Counted from the first letter of the stretch, positions 1 to 11,851 are shown. The stretch: 64,000 nt of DNA from an uncultured Candidatus Saccharibacteria bacterium (GCA_964552475.1 CAZKFZ010000003.1:24078-88077); one strand, 5' to 3'. Program-made: numbers and translations. The notes: generated by a model from the sequence alone, not told the origin.

Positions 1-114
1 TCAAACATATCTTATAGCAGGAATACTGTTTCTAGAAATAACAACAATGATGGTGTTTATAGCGCGCTATATTCAAATTTTTTAACTAAGCATAATTCTA
101 GGTGTATTTAGTTA

Positions 115-486
115 CTACCTGTCTTTCATATGTTTGGCATTTTTTAACGCTATTTCCTGGTTTAATTTAGATAGTTTGTTTTGTAAATCTTCAATTCTAA
201 AAGTTTGCCTAAATACCAAATATATCAAAAATATTATTGCTGTAATTTGCAACACATCATAAAGACTAAGTGGTGTACTCTGAATAAGTTTGCTTTGGTC
301 TAGATAGTTGAATATCTGTTGATTAAACAATATTCCCAAAGTAAGGATTGCCCAGAATATCAATAGTATTACCAACCCCCTAGTACTAATTTTACTTCTC
401 TTGTAGTTGTCATATATTCTAATGATAAATAGTAATAGTATTGGTAGGCATAAGATTATTAAGATATTATATTTAGTAAGCCACAT
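115..486 (-). CDS. small hydrophobic membrane protein, function unknown
   Basis: 123-aa ORF with 3-4 predicted TM helices; no recognisable motif. Confidence 0.35.
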   Translation of the reverse strand: MWLTKYNILIILCLPILLLFIIRIYDNYKRSKISTRGLVILLIFWAILTLGILFNQQIFNYLDQSKLIQSTPLSLYDVLQITAIIFLIYLVFRQTFRIEDLQNKLSKLNQEIALKNAKHMKDR

Positions 487-487
487 A

Positions 488-1189
488 CTATACCTCTCTC
501 AATTTTTGGCGAATTAAGTTTTTTATTATCCTCAAAGCATTAATATTGTTTTGCCCTTTTTTCAATGAATAATCTGTATAAATCGCCTCGATGGGTACTT
601 CGGCAATTTTAAGGTTGTTTTGCTTGGCTCGCCAAACAATCTCCGAACAAAACTCAAAACCATTACTACGGATCTCTATTTGCTCAATTGCTTTACGAGA
701 AAAAGCCTTCAAACCAGATTGAGAATCAGTAACGGCTACCCCAAACAATATCCTAGTAACGGTATTTAATAGCTTGTTGCCAAGTATTCTGTGTGCTGGC
801 ATACCCTTGGTATTTAGTAGTCTGCTACCTATTACTAAGTCGTAATCGTCACCTATTAGCTTTTTAATGACGTTCATTAAGTCTTTGGGTGAGTGTTGGC
901 CGTCGGCATCTATAGAAACCGCGAAGTCGTAGTTGTTTCTTTTTGCATATTCTAGACCAGTTCTGGTTGCTGCGCCGCTACCCATATTTACAAGGTGGCT
1001 AACAATTAAAACTGGTAGGTTTCTAATGTTCTCTTCAGTGTCGTCGGAAGAGCCATCATTTATCAAGAGTATGTCTAGTTTATGCTTTTTGCCAACATTG
1101 GTTTCATTAATAATATTTTGTAATACATTGTGTATTACTTTTCCTTCGTTATATGAAGGTATTATAATAATCCCTTTTCCACTCATCAT
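488..1189 (-). CDS. GT2 glycosyltransferase (dolichyl-phosphate mannose synthase / GtrB / ArnC-like)
   Basis: N-terminal 'IIIPSYNEG' and 'LLINDGSSDDT' GT-A / DXD-type signature; 233 aa; start overlaps the downstream small membrane gene. Confidence 0.75.
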   Translation of the reverse strand: MMSGKGIIIIPSYNEGKVIHNVLQNIINETNVGKKHKLDILLINDGSSDDTEENIRNLPVLIVSHLVNMGSGAATRTGLEYAKRNNYDFAVSIDADGQHSPKDLMNVIKKLIGDDYDLVIGSRLLNTKGMPAHRILGNKLLNTVTRILFGVAVTDSQSGLKAFSRKAIEQIEIRSNGFEFCSEIVWRAKQNNLKIAEVPIEAIYTDYSLKKGQNNINALRIIKNLIRQKLREV

Positions 1190-1542
1190 TTTTGTGCTAT
1201 TAGCATTGCGCCTACAAAAACTACCGCAATACCTATTAAGTTTATTGTTGTTATCTTTTCGTGAAAAAATACACTAGCTATTATTGTTGAAAAAACTAAC
1301 GCTAAGCCTGTCATGCTAGCTTGTACTACAAAGAAGTTATTCTTTGAAAGTGATAGCAAATATACTGCGGTAGCAACTATATAAATTATACCTCCTATCC
1401 AGATGCCGGGATTTGTAATAATATTTGTAATAATATTTTGAACACCGCCAGAGAATAAGGCCTCAGACTTCATTGATTTATTCCAGAATGACTGTGCTGT
1501 CACCAGTAATATAGCGGTTATGGGTATTAGTAAATAATTCAT
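1186..1542 (-). CDS. small 4-TM membrane protein, GtrA/ArnE-like (putative lipid-linked sugar flippase partner of the GT2)
   Basis: 118 aa, four hydrophobic helices; 4-bp overlap with the GT2 gene, matching the known GtrA-GtrB / ArnE-ArnC pairing. Inference from size, topology and context only. Confidence 0.4.
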   Translation of the reverse strand: MNYLLIPITAILLVTAQSFWNKSMKSEALFSGGVQNIITNIITNPGIWIGGIIYIVATAVYLLSLSKNNFFVVQASMTGLALVFSTIIASVFFHEKITTINLIGIAVVFVGAMLIAQK

Positions 1543-1554
1543 GTTTATATTATT

Positions 1555-2640
1555 TCACTGAACTAGCTCGGTGTACAGTTTTAATATCTTATTAGTGTTG
1601 TCCCCGCCAATTTTGTCTACAAAAGTATCGAATTCGCCTTCGATTGCTTTGTGGATCGCTAGCGCTAGTGATTTACTTTTACCATTTTTAAATATCAAAC
1701 ACTTGCCGCTTATAACCTCGGGTAGAGAGCCGGCATTACTAACAATAATATTCTTATTTAGCATACAAGCTTGATATGCGCTGTAGCCAAAGCCCTCTGT
1801 AAGTGAAGGTACTATTACGCAATAGCTAGCTAAGATTAAGCTCTTGAGCTTATCCTGGTTTTGGGACTCTAGAATATTGATTCTTTTACTTAGTTTGTAC
1901 TGCTTAACTAACTCTACGAACCGCTCTCTTTCATCTAAAGGATCGTTTGATAAAACAAAAGTGAATTCAATATCGTTATTAAGTGATTTATCTAACTCTC
2001 TAATCGCATCTAACAGAACAAAAACACCTTTGGTTTTACCGGGGCGACCGTAATATAAAAAAGTTTGCTTATTATATTGGTTTATATTGCTACTGTTTTT
2101 CCAGTAACTAAAATTATTAAAAACTGGATAGATAACTTTTATTTTATCAGCCTTAATATTGCCATTAATCATATCCTTTTTGCTTGCTTTTGAAATTGCA
2201 ATAAATTGGTCGTATTGCTTATGAAAAACCCACCACTCAAAATACTTAAAAGCTTTTGCACGTAACGGGCTATCAACCAACCCCCATTTACTACCTAGAT
2301 ATTCATAGGCCATAAAAACACAGGGTTTGTTGAATTTTTTTGCACCCTTAAGTGCTCTTGGTGCTGCAGTGTATTGGGCTGTCTGTATAATATCCGCCCA
2401 AGTGATATGTTTGTATAAATCCTTTTTATTAGGTATAGGATGGCCAAATAAAGAAACCCATTGACATGAGTAAATTTCGATACCCTTGTATTTGTGAAAA
2501 CCATTTACACCCCCAGAGTTGCTAGTCACAACCCTTACCTCTTTATGGTGTTCTACTAAAGAGACTGCGAGATCTAAAAGAAGTTTTTCACCTCCACCAA
2601 TATGTGGGTAAAAATGTTCGGTTATAAATAATATTCTCAT
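1555..2640 (-). CDS. GT4 (GT-B fold) glycosyltransferase
   Basis: N-term 'MRILFITEHFYPHIGGGEKLL' and C-term 'EGFGYSAYQACMLNKNIIVSNAGSLPEVI' (E-X7-E GT4 motif region). Confidence 0.75.
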   Translation of the reverse strand: MRILFITEHFYPHIGGGEKLLLDLAVSLVEHHKEVRVVTSNSGGVNGFHKYKGIEIYSCQWVSLFGHPIPNKKDLYKHITWADIIQTAQYTAAPRALKGAKKFNKPCVFMAYEYLGSKWGLVDSPLRAKAFKYFEWWVFHKQYDQFIAISKASKKDMINGNIKADKIKVIYPVFNNFSYWKNSSNINQYNKQTFLYYGRPGKTKGVFVLLDAIRELDKSLNNDIEFTFVLSNDPLDERERFVELVKQYKLSKRINILESQNQDKLKSLILASYCVIVPSLTEGFGYSAYQACMLNKNIIVSNAGSLPEVISGKCLIFKNGKSKSLALAIHKAIEGEFDTFVDKIGGDNTNKILKLYTELVQ

Positions 2641-2668
2641 GTCATAAAGTAGTGTATATTAATTAAGT

Positions 2669-3268
2669 ATGAAAATAAAATCTACTCAAGAAGAAGAATA
2701 CGCCAATTACTTAATTAAGGCACAGGATATTGGCTGGAAAAACAAAATCGATGTTCAGATGCCTTATAGAAGAAATTTACAAAAATTGTCTCTAGGTAAA
2801 ACTTTAGATATTGGTTGTGGTATCGGCAGAAATTTGAAAGTACTGCAGGGGGGTAGTGTTGGGATAGATCATAACAAATTCATGATAAAACACCTCAATA
2901 ACCTTGGTTATAAAACCTACACCGCTAGTAGTTTCAAAAAGTCAGAGCTCGCAAAATTGTCCTCTTTCGATTCTTTACTCTTTGCACACATAATTGAACA
3001 TTTAACTTTAGTAGAGTCAGAAAAGATGATAAAGGAATACTTGAAGTATTTAAAAGTGGGTGGTAGAGTTGTTGTAATTTGCCCTCAGAAAAAGGGTTTT
3101 TCTAAAGATACAACTCATATAAAATTTCACACAAGAGAAACTATTACTAGTCTTCTTACAAAACTAGGTTTGAATGTAGTAAAAAAACAGTCTTTTCCTT
3201 TTCCTGAGATTTTCGGGGCGGTATTTGCTCCAAACGAGTACTGGGTAGTTGCTAAAAAAATTAGGTAG
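2669..3268 (+). CDS. class I SAM-dependent methyltransferase
   Basis: '[11 protein letters not shown]' glycine-rich SAM-binding motif I; 199 aa; sits inside the polysaccharide gene cluster. Confidence 0.6.
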   Translation: MKIKSTQEEEYANYLIKAQDIGWKNKIDVQMPYRRNLQKLSLGKTLDIGCGIGRNLKVLQGGSVGIDHNKFMIKHLNNLGYKTYTASSFKKSELAKLSSFDSLLFAHIIEHLTLVESEKMIKEYLKYLKVGGRVVVICPQKKGFSKDTTHIKFHTRETITSLLTKLGLNVVKKQSFPFPEIFGAVFAPNEYWVVAKKIR

Positions 3269-4121
3269 ATAACTTTTCTAAATACTCGCCGTAACCGCTT
3301 TTCTTAAGTGGTTCGGCAATCTTTTGTAGTTGAGCCTTATCTATAAAACCCTGGTTGAAGGCTACTTCTTCTATACAACCAATCTTGAGGCCAGTGCGTT
3401 TTTCTATAACATGTATGTACTCTGCAGCATCCATCATAGAGGTGAATGTACCTGTATCTAGCCAGGCCGAGCCACGATCCATAATCTGTACTTTTAGCTT
3501 ACCGCGCTTAAGATACTCTTCGTTTACCGTAGTAATCTCTAGCTCTCCTCTGTCGCTAGGTTTAATATTCTTGGCAATCTCAACCACATCGTTGTCGTAA
3601 AAATATAGCCCCACAACTGCAAAGTTACTTTTGGGTTTGGTAGGTTTTTCTTCAATACTTAGGGCTTTGTTTGAACCATCAAACTCCACTACCCCATAAC
3701 GCTCTGGGTCAGACACCTGGTAAGCGAAGATTACGCCGCCGTCTGGGTCTACACATTCGGTTAAACTATCGCTAAAGCCTTGGCCGTGAAAGATGTTGTC
3801 GCCTAGTACTAAAGCTACTTTGTCACTACCAATAAAATCCTCACCAATAATAAAGGCTTGGGCTAAGCCGTCTGGGTTAGGTTGAGCAGCGTACTCGAGG
3901 TTGATGCCTAGGTCGCTACCGTCGCCCAACAACCGCTTAAACCCATCTTGCTCGTGTGGGGTGGTAATAACCAAAATATCGCGTATACCGGCCATCATAA
4001 GAGTGCTAAGGGGGTAATAGATCATTGGCTTATCATAAATAGGCATTAGTTGCTTACTAATACCTTTGGTAATTGGGTATAGGCGTGTGCCAGACCCACC
4101 AGCTAAAATTATTCCTTTAAT
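3261..4121 (-). CDS. rmlA: glucose-1-phosphate thymidylyltransferase RmlA
   Basis: Strong RmlA-like sequence throughout. The listed ORF starts at an internal Met; the in-frame upstream extension encodes the canonical '[18 protein letters not shown]' N-terminus with no ATG/GTG/TTG. Putative ATT start at 4119-4121, preceded by AAAAGGAG at 4130-4137. Confidence 0.8.
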   Translation of the reverse strand: MKGIILAGGSGTRLYPITKGISKQLMPIYDKPMIYYPLSTLMMAGIRDILVITTPHEQDGFKRLLGDGSDLGINLEYAAQPNPDGLAQAFIIGEDFIGSDKVALVLGDNIFHGQGFSDSLTECVDPDGGVIFAYQVSDPERYGVVEFDGSNKALSIEEKPTKPKSNFAVVGLYFYDNDVVEIAKNIKPSDRGELEITTVNEEYLKRGKLKVQIMDRGSAWLDTGTFTSMMDAAEYIHVIEKRTGLKIGCIEEVAFNQGFIDKAQLQKIAEPLKKSGYGEYLEKLST

Positions 4122-4204
4122 AACATTACTCCTTTTAAATACTTGGCTATTATACTATCTGTTGGTTAGTAAGTAAAAAGCCAGGCGGTTAGGCCTGGCT
4201 TGTT

Positions 4205-5047
4205 TTAAATATTTACATACTCTTTTAGGGCATCTCGCCACATACGGCGGTTATAGTGCAGCTCGCGGTCTACGTAGCTACAGTCTAATGCTGTGTAGTG
4301 TGGTCTAGTAGCAATAGCGCTAGTATCTTTACCGGCATAGTACTGCTGGGTAGTTACTGGCGCTACCTTGCAATCTAGGCCAGCGATTTCAAACACCGCT
4401 TCTGCGAGTGTTGCCCAGTTAATAGGTTCTCCTCTATTACAGAAGTGGTAAATACCGCACCTTGGCTTAGTCTGCACTAGATACTTACAAAATTGTGCAA
4501 GATCTATAGCGTAAGTGGGCAAACCCCACTGATCGTTAACAACCGATACTTCATTAAGCTCTTTGCCTAGGCGAAGCATGGTACGAACAAAGTTGTTGCC
4601 GTCGCCATATACCCACGAGGTGCGAACCACGTAGTGGCTATCAACGCCGAGGGCGTATTGCTCACCAGCTTGTTTGGTGGTGCCGTAGACGTTTAGCGGA
4701 TTCACCGCGTCGTCTGGCTTGTAGCCAGTCTTGGCTTTACCATCAAACACGTAGTCGGTACTAATGTAGATGTAGGTGGCTCGATTCTTTGAGCACGCTA
4801 TAGCGATGTTTAGAGAACCATCGGCATTTACTCGCTTCGCGTCGTCGCGATGAGTTTCTGCACCGTCTACATTGGTATAGGCTGCGGCGTTAATTACTAC
4901 ATCGGGCTTGTGAGCGGCAACTATTCCAGCTACTCTCACAGCATCGGTAATATCTACCTGGGTGTGGTCGTAAAAGATCGCCTCAGGCATAACATTTTGT
5001 AATGCCCTACCTAGTTGTCCGTTGGCGCCAAATACGAGTACTGTCAT
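4205..5047 (-). CDS. rmlD: dTDP-4-dehydrorhamnose reductase RmlD
   Basis: 'MTVLVFGANGQLGRAL' Rossmann N-terminus; 280 aa; 4-bp overlap (ATGA) with rmlC. Confidence 0.85.
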   Translation of the reverse strand: MTVLVFGANGQLGRALQNVMPEAIFYDHTQVDITDAVRVAGIVAAHKPDVVINAAAYTNVDGAETHRDDAKRVNADGSLNIAIACSKNRATYIYISTDYVFDGKAKTGYKPDDAVNPLNVYGTTKQAGEQYALGVDSHYVVRTSWVYGDGNNFVRTMLRLGKELNEVSVVNDQWGLPTYAIDLAQFCKYLVQTKPRCGIYHFCNRGEPINWATLAEAVFEIAGLDCKVAPVTTQQYYAGKDTSAIATRPHYTALDCSYVDRELHYNRRMWRDALKEYVNI

Positions 5048-5592
5048 TTGCGTAGCTCACTCAGGTTAGGGTTGTTCTTATCCTTATCAGAAATAATCAT
5101 ACCTTCACCCTTAGCGATCGGCCACTCAATACCTAACTCGGGATCGAGCGGGTTGAGTGCTAACCCTTGCATATTGGGTGACCACTCTAGTTCAAAGTAG
5201 TATAAGTAAACCGAAGGTTCCTTACTGACTGATTGAAAAGAGTTGCCAAGACCCTTTGATACAAATAAACCCTGTCCTCTACGAAGGGTAAAGCCTTGCC
5301 ACTCACCAAAGGTTGGTGAATCAATACGTAGATCGACAATTACCGCATAAACCGTGCCGTTAGCTACAGCCACATATTTGTGGGCGAACTCAGCGTGAAT
5401 GCCTCGCAAAGCACCTTGTACGGTCCATGGTGCGTTTACTTGTGGTCTTTCGCCAAGACTAGGCAAACCAGCCTCAACAAAATCAGACTCACGATAAAAT
5501 TCCATCACCGAGCCACGATCGTCCTCAAAAAGCTTCATGTCTAGAGACCACAAACCCTCAATTTGGGTTGTACTAACTCTTAGATTACCCAT
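5044..5592 (-). CDS. rmlC: dTDP-4-dehydrorhamnose 3,5-epimerase RmlC
   Basis: 182-aa cupin with 'RGIHAEF' (RGLHxQ-type) motif; positioned between rmlB and rmlD. Confidence 0.85.
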   Translation of the reverse strand: MGNLRVSTTQIEGLWSLDMKLFEDDRGSVMEFYRESDFVEAGLPSLGERPQVNAPWTVQGALRGIHAEFAHKYVAVANGTVYAVIVDLRIDSPTFGEWQGFTLRRGQGLFVSKGLGNSFQSVSKEPSVYLYYFELEWSPNMQGLALNPLDPELGIEWPIAKGEGMIISDKDKNNPNLSELRK

Positions 5593-5664
5593 GTTCCCTT
5601 CTCCTCTTTTGGTAAGGTACTAATAGAGTATTATACTTATTTTTTGTTATAAGTCAATATTTTG

Positions 5665-6699
<1,035 letters not shown>

Positions 6700-6798
6700 T
6701 TAATTCAAAATACCCTTACGCTTGGTTAAAATTACTATAAAGTATATAATTAATCATGAAATTATATCTGTGACACAATTTTAATGTAAGGAAAATTA

Positions 6799-8538
6799 AT
6801 GCAAAGACTCACAAGTCTATCGAGGGGTAAGAAAATCTTAGCTACTCTACTTGGTATAGGGATACTATTATTTGTTGTTCTGGCAATTTTGCGAGTTGCT
6901 TATTTTGGCCGAATTTACCCTGGAGTAACAGCCAATGGAGTTTATTTGGGTGGTTTGACAGCTCAAGAGGCAATGCAAGAACTAAATAGTCAAACCTCTA
7001 GTTACTCAACTAAAGCAATCGAGATAATATTACCACAAGAAAAATCTAACCTTAGTGCCGAACAAATTGGAGTTATTTATAACAACTCAGATGCAGTATC
7101 ACAAGCCGTTAATGTAGGTCGTGAAGGTTGGATGGTAGATAGAATGGTCGCTCAATTTGTAAGTTTATTGGGACAGGCTCCAGACATTACAAGTGTAAGT
7201 TATGACACTCAAAAGCTTGGTAATGTATTGGTAGATATTAACTCTAGGGTATCTAAGCCAGTAGAAAACGCAAAATTTAATATTGAGAACGAGGAGATTA
7301 AAACGCAAGAAAGTATAAAAGGCAGACGTGTAGACTTTGCACTCTCACCACAAGCTCTGGCTAATCATTTTGGTAGACTACAAAATAAATTATTTGTTTT
7401 ACCATTGATGAATGCTGAACCCCAGATAAGTTCACAGGCACTACAGAGCCAACAAAACATTATTGCGCCCTTTGCCAAACAGCCACTTACGCTAACGTAT
7501 GGCGATAAAACTTGGTCGGCCGACATCAATACTATTGTAGGATGGTTGTCGCTACCTAGCTCTAATCAGCCAGTAAGAAATGATATCTTAAATAAAAACT
7601 ACTCTATACGAAAAAGTACCAATAATAATATGGTGTTTTATGATAGAAAAGCTGTAGCTGGTTTTGTTGCTTCACTCGCAGGAGATATAAATGTGGAACC
7701 TATAGATGCAACCCTCACCATTAGTGGTGAACGTGCCACGGTTTTTAAACAAAGTCGCGATGGCAAAAATCTAGATGTAGAAAAGTCTACTGATGAAGTT
7801 ATGAAGCAGCTAGGTTCTAGTACACCTACTGGTGTGCCGTTGGTTGTCGCTACTACTAAGGCCGATGTTAGTGATGACAATATTGAAAAACTAGGTATAA
7901 AAGAGCTTATCTCTGAAGGTGTATCGTACTTTCCGGGTTCTTCAGCTAATAGAATCCAAAACATAAGGGTGGGAACTAGCCGTTTTAATGGCATACTTAT
8001 AAAACCTGGTGAAGTGTTTTCGTTTAATAAATACCTAGGGGAGGTAAGTGCAGCCACTGGCTATGCTGAAGGTATTGTAATACTTGAAAATAAAGAAGAA
8101 AAACAATATGGTGGTGGTCTTTGCCAGGTTTCTAGTACGGCATATAGAGCTGCTTTGCTCGCTGGCCTACCAATTATATCGCGCACTAATCATGCCTTTG
8201 CAGTAAGTTATTATACCGAACCTTTTGGTGTGCCTGGTGTAGATGCAACTATTTATCTGCCCAACCCTGATATGCAGTTTAAAAATGATACTGGGCACCA
8301 TATACTTATTCAAACAGTTTTATCGGGAACAACACTTAGGTTTAAGTTTTATGGCACCAAAACAAAAACAGGTGTTATACGCGGACCTTTCTTTCTGAGT
8401 GGTAGCCAAGACCATACCCAACCGTCCCAAACAGTTTTTTATAGAGATGTACTAGACTTGGCCGGCAACGTTACAAAAACTGACACCACCACAACCTATT
8501 ACAAATCTTCGCTTGATTTCCCTCTGGTAGTAAATTAA
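6799..8538 (+). CDS. VanW-family protein with N-terminal membrane anchor
   Basis: N-terminal TM helix; C-terminal 'YGGGLCQVSSTAYRAAL' matches the VanW-domain signature. Confidence 0.7.
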   Translation: MQRLTSLSRGKKILATLLGIGILLFVVLAILRVAYFGRIYPGVTANGVYLGGLTAQEAMQELNSQTSSYSTKAIEIILPQEKSNLSAEQIGVIYNNSDAVSQAVNVGREGWMVDRMVAQFVSLLGQAPDITSVSYDTQKLGNVLVDINSRVSKPVENAKFNIENEEIKTQESIKGRRVDFALSPQALANHFGRLQNKLFVLPLMNAEPQISSQALQSQQNIIAPFAKQPLTLTYGDKTWSADINTIVGWLSLPSSNQPVRNDILNKNYSIRKSTNNNMVFYDRKAVAGFVASLAGDINVEPIDATLTISGERATVFKQSRDGKNLDVEKSTDEVMKQLGSSTPTGVPLVVATTKADVSDDNIEKLGIKELISEGVSYFPGSSANRIQNIRVGTSRFNGILIKPGEVFSFNKYLGEVSAATGYAEGIVILENKEEKQYGGGLCQVSSTAYRAALLAGLPIISRTNHAFAVSYYTEPFGVPGVDATIYLPNPDMQFKNDTGHHILIQTVLSGTTLRFKFYGTKTKTGVIRGPFFLSGSQDHTQPSQTVFYRDVLDLAGNVTKTDTTTTYYKSSLDFPLVVN

Positions 8539-9930
8539 TTATTTACCAATACAAAAATTAGCAAAGACATGGTCTATAACTTCTTGTGTAACATCTTCGC
8601 CGGTTAGTTGATTACATATAGATATAGCATTTTGATACTCAACCAAGATAATGTCTGTAGGGGTTTTGTTCTCTAATTGATTCTTAATAGTCTCTAGTTG
8701 TTTTTTTAGATTAGTAATTAAAACAATTTGTCGTTTAGTGAGAACACTTAAGTTTTCGTTGGTAGTATTTTTGAGTGTAGCTTTATAGATTAAGTCTTTT
8801 AGTTTGTCTAAACCTATGTTTTTTTCTGCTGAGATATTTATGGTTGGGGTGCTTTTTAGGTTTATCGGTAGCTTAGGGCTAGGTTTTTTTAGATCTGATT
8901 TAGTAAACACTACTAGGCTGTTTTGGTGATTAATATCATCTTGTATTTTGTTCTTACTTAAGTAGTTGAGGGTATCTTGTATCTTACCGGGCTCAACCAA
9001 AATAAGTACAAGGTTGTTATTTTTCACTTCTATCTTGGTACGTTCAATACCAATATTCTCTATTTCATCGCGCGAATTGCGAAGCCCCGCGGTGTCGGTG
9101 ACTTGACAGGTAACTCCTTTAATATTTACACTCTCAGTTATTGTATCGCGAGTGGTGCCTGCAGTTTGGGTTACAATTGAGCGATCATAACCTAGTAAGG
9201 CGTTTAGTAGGGTAGATTTGCCAGCATTTGGTAAGCCTACTAAAGCTACTGTAAAGCCATTACGAACTATCGAAAGCCTCTCGCTACCACTAAGTATTTT
9301 GTTGGTTTTGTTAATAATTTTATTTAGAGCATCTAGCTCTTGGGTGGTTGAGTTTTCGTCGATATCTTCTTCAGAAAAATCTAAGCTTGCAGTAGTATGA
9401 GCGGCTAAGTTTAATATTGAATTCTTGATACCTTTTATGTCTTTAGTGAGTTCGCCTGCGAGCTGTTTACTGGCCAGTCGCATCATCTGTTCGTTGCCAC
9501 TAGATATTAGCTCTCCTACCGCTTCGGCCTGTGTCAGATCTAGTTTGCCAGCCAAAAAAGCACGTTTAGTAAACTCTCCTGGTGTAGCCAAAATAGCACC
9601 ACTGCTTAGTAAAAGATCTATGGTTTTTTGGGTGATTACTGGTGATCCGTGAAGATGTAGCTCTACTACATCTTCCCCTGTGTAAGAGTTGGGTGTTGGC
9701 ATATATACCATTAGAGCTTGGTCGAGTTTAGTTTCGCCATCCACTAGCCATCCAAGGTTAAGTTCGCGTGGTTTTAAAGTCACTTTACTGGTTGGTCGCC
9801 AAACATTATTAGCAATATTAAGAGCTTGTGGGCCAGAAAGGCGCACAATACTAATAGCTGCCGCGCCATTGGCGGTAGCAACTGCAACAATAGTAGTTTC
9901 ATTTAGATTTTTTTTCATTTTCGTAAACAC
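8539..9930 (-). CDS. mnmE: tRNA modification GTPase MnmE (TrmE)
   Basis: G-domain 'GLPNAGKSTLLNALLG', 'DTAGLR'; invariant C-terminal 'CIGK' tetrapeptide. Confidence 0.9.
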   Translation of the reverse strand: MFTKMKKNLNETTIVAVATANGAAAISIVRLSGPQALNIANNVWRPTSKVTLKPRELNLGWLVDGETKLDQALMVYMPTPNSYTGEDVVELHLHGSPVITQKTIDLLLSSGAILATPGEFTKRAFLAGKLDLTQAEAVGELISSGNEQMMRLASKQLAGELTKDIKGIKNSILNLAAHTTASLDFSEEDIDENSTTQELDALNKIINKTNKILSGSERLSIVRNGFTVALVGLPNAGKSTLLNALLGYDRSIVTQTAGTTRDTITESVNIKGVTCQVTDTAGLRNSRDEIENIGIERTKIEVKNNNLVLILVEPGKIQDTLNYLSKNKIQDDINHQNSLVVFTKSDLKKPSPKLPINLKSTPTINISAEKNIGLDKLKDLIYKATLKNTTNENLSVLTKRQIVLITNLKKQLETIKNQLENKTPTDIILVEYQNAISICNQLTGEDVTQEVIDHVFANFCIGK

Positions 9931-9982
9931 ATGTCTAGAATTTAATAGCTTGAGCGTAGTATAGAGTTATAAATTCTGATAT

Positions 9983-10423
9983 TTAGGATTTTTTGATAAC
10001 TATAGATCTGTTAGGATCTTCTCCAATACTTTCCGTTACTAGCTCTGGAGTATCGGCAAGTACCATATGGGCTTGTCTTCTCTCGAACGCATTCATAGCT
10101 GGCAGTGTTTTGGGGTGGCCATAGGCTAATACCTCGGCAGCAGCCTCTTCGGCAATTCGCTTAACCTTTTCTATGCGCTCTTTTTTATAGCCCGCTACAT
10201 CGATAGCAACAAACTTACTATCTGGGTATTTACGTCGTCTTAGGGTGTTAAATATATATTGCAGGGCACGTAAGTTATCACCACGTTTACCAATTATTAA
10301 GGCGTGGTCGTCGGTAGTTACCTCTAGCATATTATTAGCTTCGTCGGCCTGGCAAGTTGCGCTTATACCAAGCTTGGCAAGTAATTCTTCTAGTAATGCT
10401 TGAGAATTACTAAGATCTGTCAT
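9983..10423 (-). CDS. jag: Jag/KhpB-like RNA-binding protein (KH + R3H domains)
   Basis: 'IIGKRGDNLRALQYI' KH motif and R3H-like C-terminus; conserved position downstream of yidC. Confidence 0.75.
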   Translation of the reverse strand: MTDLSNSQALLEELLAKLGISATCQADEANNMLEVTTDDHALIIGKRGDNLRALQYIFNTLRRRKYPDSKFVAIDVAGYKKERIEKVKRIAEEAAAEVLAYGHPKTLPAMNAFERRQAHMVLADTPELVTESIGEDPNRSIVIKKS

Positions 10424-11223
10424 TTTTTAGCTTTCTTTTTCTTTGTTTTTTTGGGAGCTTCAATGTTTTTAGATACAATCTTAACTTCTTCCATCTCCTC
10501 TACCTCACCGCGCATTATTATGTACTGTTGGCCAATCGTCATAACATTTGTAACAGTCCAATATAGTGGTAGTGCAGCTGGTAGATTCCAGGCAATAAAG
10601 GTGGTAACGAATGGGAATAAATAATTCATCATAGCTGTAGCTTGAGCTTGAGAATCTTTGGTGTCGGTTTTTTTAGGAGCTATCATTTTTACTTGAATGT
10701 ATTGAGTAATACCAGCCATTAGAGCCAATACGATACTTGGTGCGGCCATATTCACTATTCCAAACAATGTGGGGTTAAAACTACTTGGATTTTGGATAAT
10801 ACTTTGTATGTAAGGTAAGTTTTTTACCGGAGCGTATAGAAGACCGGCAATTGCAGCTGGATCGTGTGTACTTTTTTGAAAAACAAAGTATAAAGCTATT
10901 AGAAAAGGAAACTGTAATAGGGCTGGTAGGCAGGCAGAGAAAGGGCTAATTTCTTTTTCTTTGTATAGCTCCATAAGTAGTTGTGATTCTTTTTGCTTAT
11001 CACCACCGGCTTGTTTTTTTAACTTAGCAATATCTGGTGCCAAGGCTTGCATTTTTTTCTGGCTATGGAGTTGTTTGGCAGTAAGTGGCCATAAAGCCAA
11101 TCTAATAATAATCGTTAGGAGTATTACACTTACACCAAAATCGTGCCCAGGAATAACACCGTATATAAAAAACAGTAGATTCATTAAGGGTTGGACAAAA
11201 ATAGTGGTTAAAATTTCAATCAT
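10420..11223 (-). CDS. yidC: membrane protein insertase YidC (short Gram-positive type)
   Basis: Polytopic, 267 aa, with 'LPLYWTVTN' YidC/Oxa1 motif and Lys-rich tail; synteny with yidD-rnpA-rpmH. Confidence 0.85.
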   Translation of the reverse strand: MIEILTTIFVQPLMNLLFFIYGVIPGHDFGVSVILLTIIIRLALWPLTAKQLHSQKKMQALAPDIAKLKKQAGGDKQKESQLLMELYKEKEISPFSACLPALLQFPFLIALYFVFQKSTHDPAAIAGLLYAPVKNLPYIQSIIQNPSSFNPTLFGIVNMAAPSIVLALMAGITQYIQVKMIAPKKTDTKDSQAQATAMMNYLFPFVTTFIAWNLPAALPLYWTVTNVMTIGQQYIIMRGEVEEMEEVKIVSKNIEAPKKTKKKKAKK

Positions 11224-11483
11224 TATATACTTCCTTGTTTTTTATTGGTTTTAAAACTCATATCAACACTAGGCTCAACCAAAGGATTACACTTAACGAT
11301 TCTTTTAGTGCCAAGCCAAATACCTTTTAAAGATCCGTTATGTTTAATGGCGAGTTTAGTGTATTCACTGCAGCTCGGGTAGTGGCGACAGTAGCCATAG
11401 GGGTATCTAGACTTAAGAAGACCGTGATCGGGCGAAAGTGTTTTTTGATAAGCCGTAATTGATGTAATAAGTATATTTTTCAT
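11223..11483 (-). CDS. yidD: membrane protein insertion efficiency factor YidD
   Basis: 'YPYGYCRHYPSCSEYTKLAI...GTKRIVKCNPL' YidD signature. Confidence 0.8.
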   Translation of the reverse strand: MKNILITSITAYQKTLSPDHGLLKSRYPYGYCRHYPSCSEYTKLAIKHNGSLKGIWLGTKRIVKCNPLVEPSVDMSFKTNKKQGSI

Positions 11484-11493
11484 TATTATTTAA

Positions 11494-11844
11494 CTAATTA
11501 TTACTACCCACTATTTTTAAGCTATTTAAGCCTGTAAGTAGTATAGTTTCAAGTTGTTTTGGGTTTAAGTCTTCAAGGTTACTCTTGGCTGTAATTATTA
11601 TAGTATATCCAGTGTCAATACGTGATAGATTGAGCCGGATAATTTCGTAAATTCTTCTTCTCGCTCTATTTCGTTCTACGGCTTTTTTTGAAACTTTTTT
11701 TGGTACCACTACAGCAAATCTACTAACAGGTGATTTACTTGGCAGTGCCTTAATATACAAACTACTATGGTTGTAGCTTTTACCAAATTTATAAGTCTTA
11801 GAAAAATCAGTAGCTTTACGCAAACGAAAGCCACGAGCGATCAT
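11494..11844 (-). CDS. rnpA: RNase P protein component
   Basis: 116-aa basic protein with RnpA-like 'RNRARRRI' region; sits between yidD and rpmH. Confidence 0.8.
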   Translation of the reverse strand: MIARGFRLRKATDFSKTYKFGKSYNHSSLYIKALPSKSPVSRFAVVVPKKVSKKAVERNRARRRIYEIIRLNLSRIDTGYTIIITAKSNLEDLNPKQLETILLTGLNSLKIVGSNN

Positions 11845-11851
11845 TAAAAAA

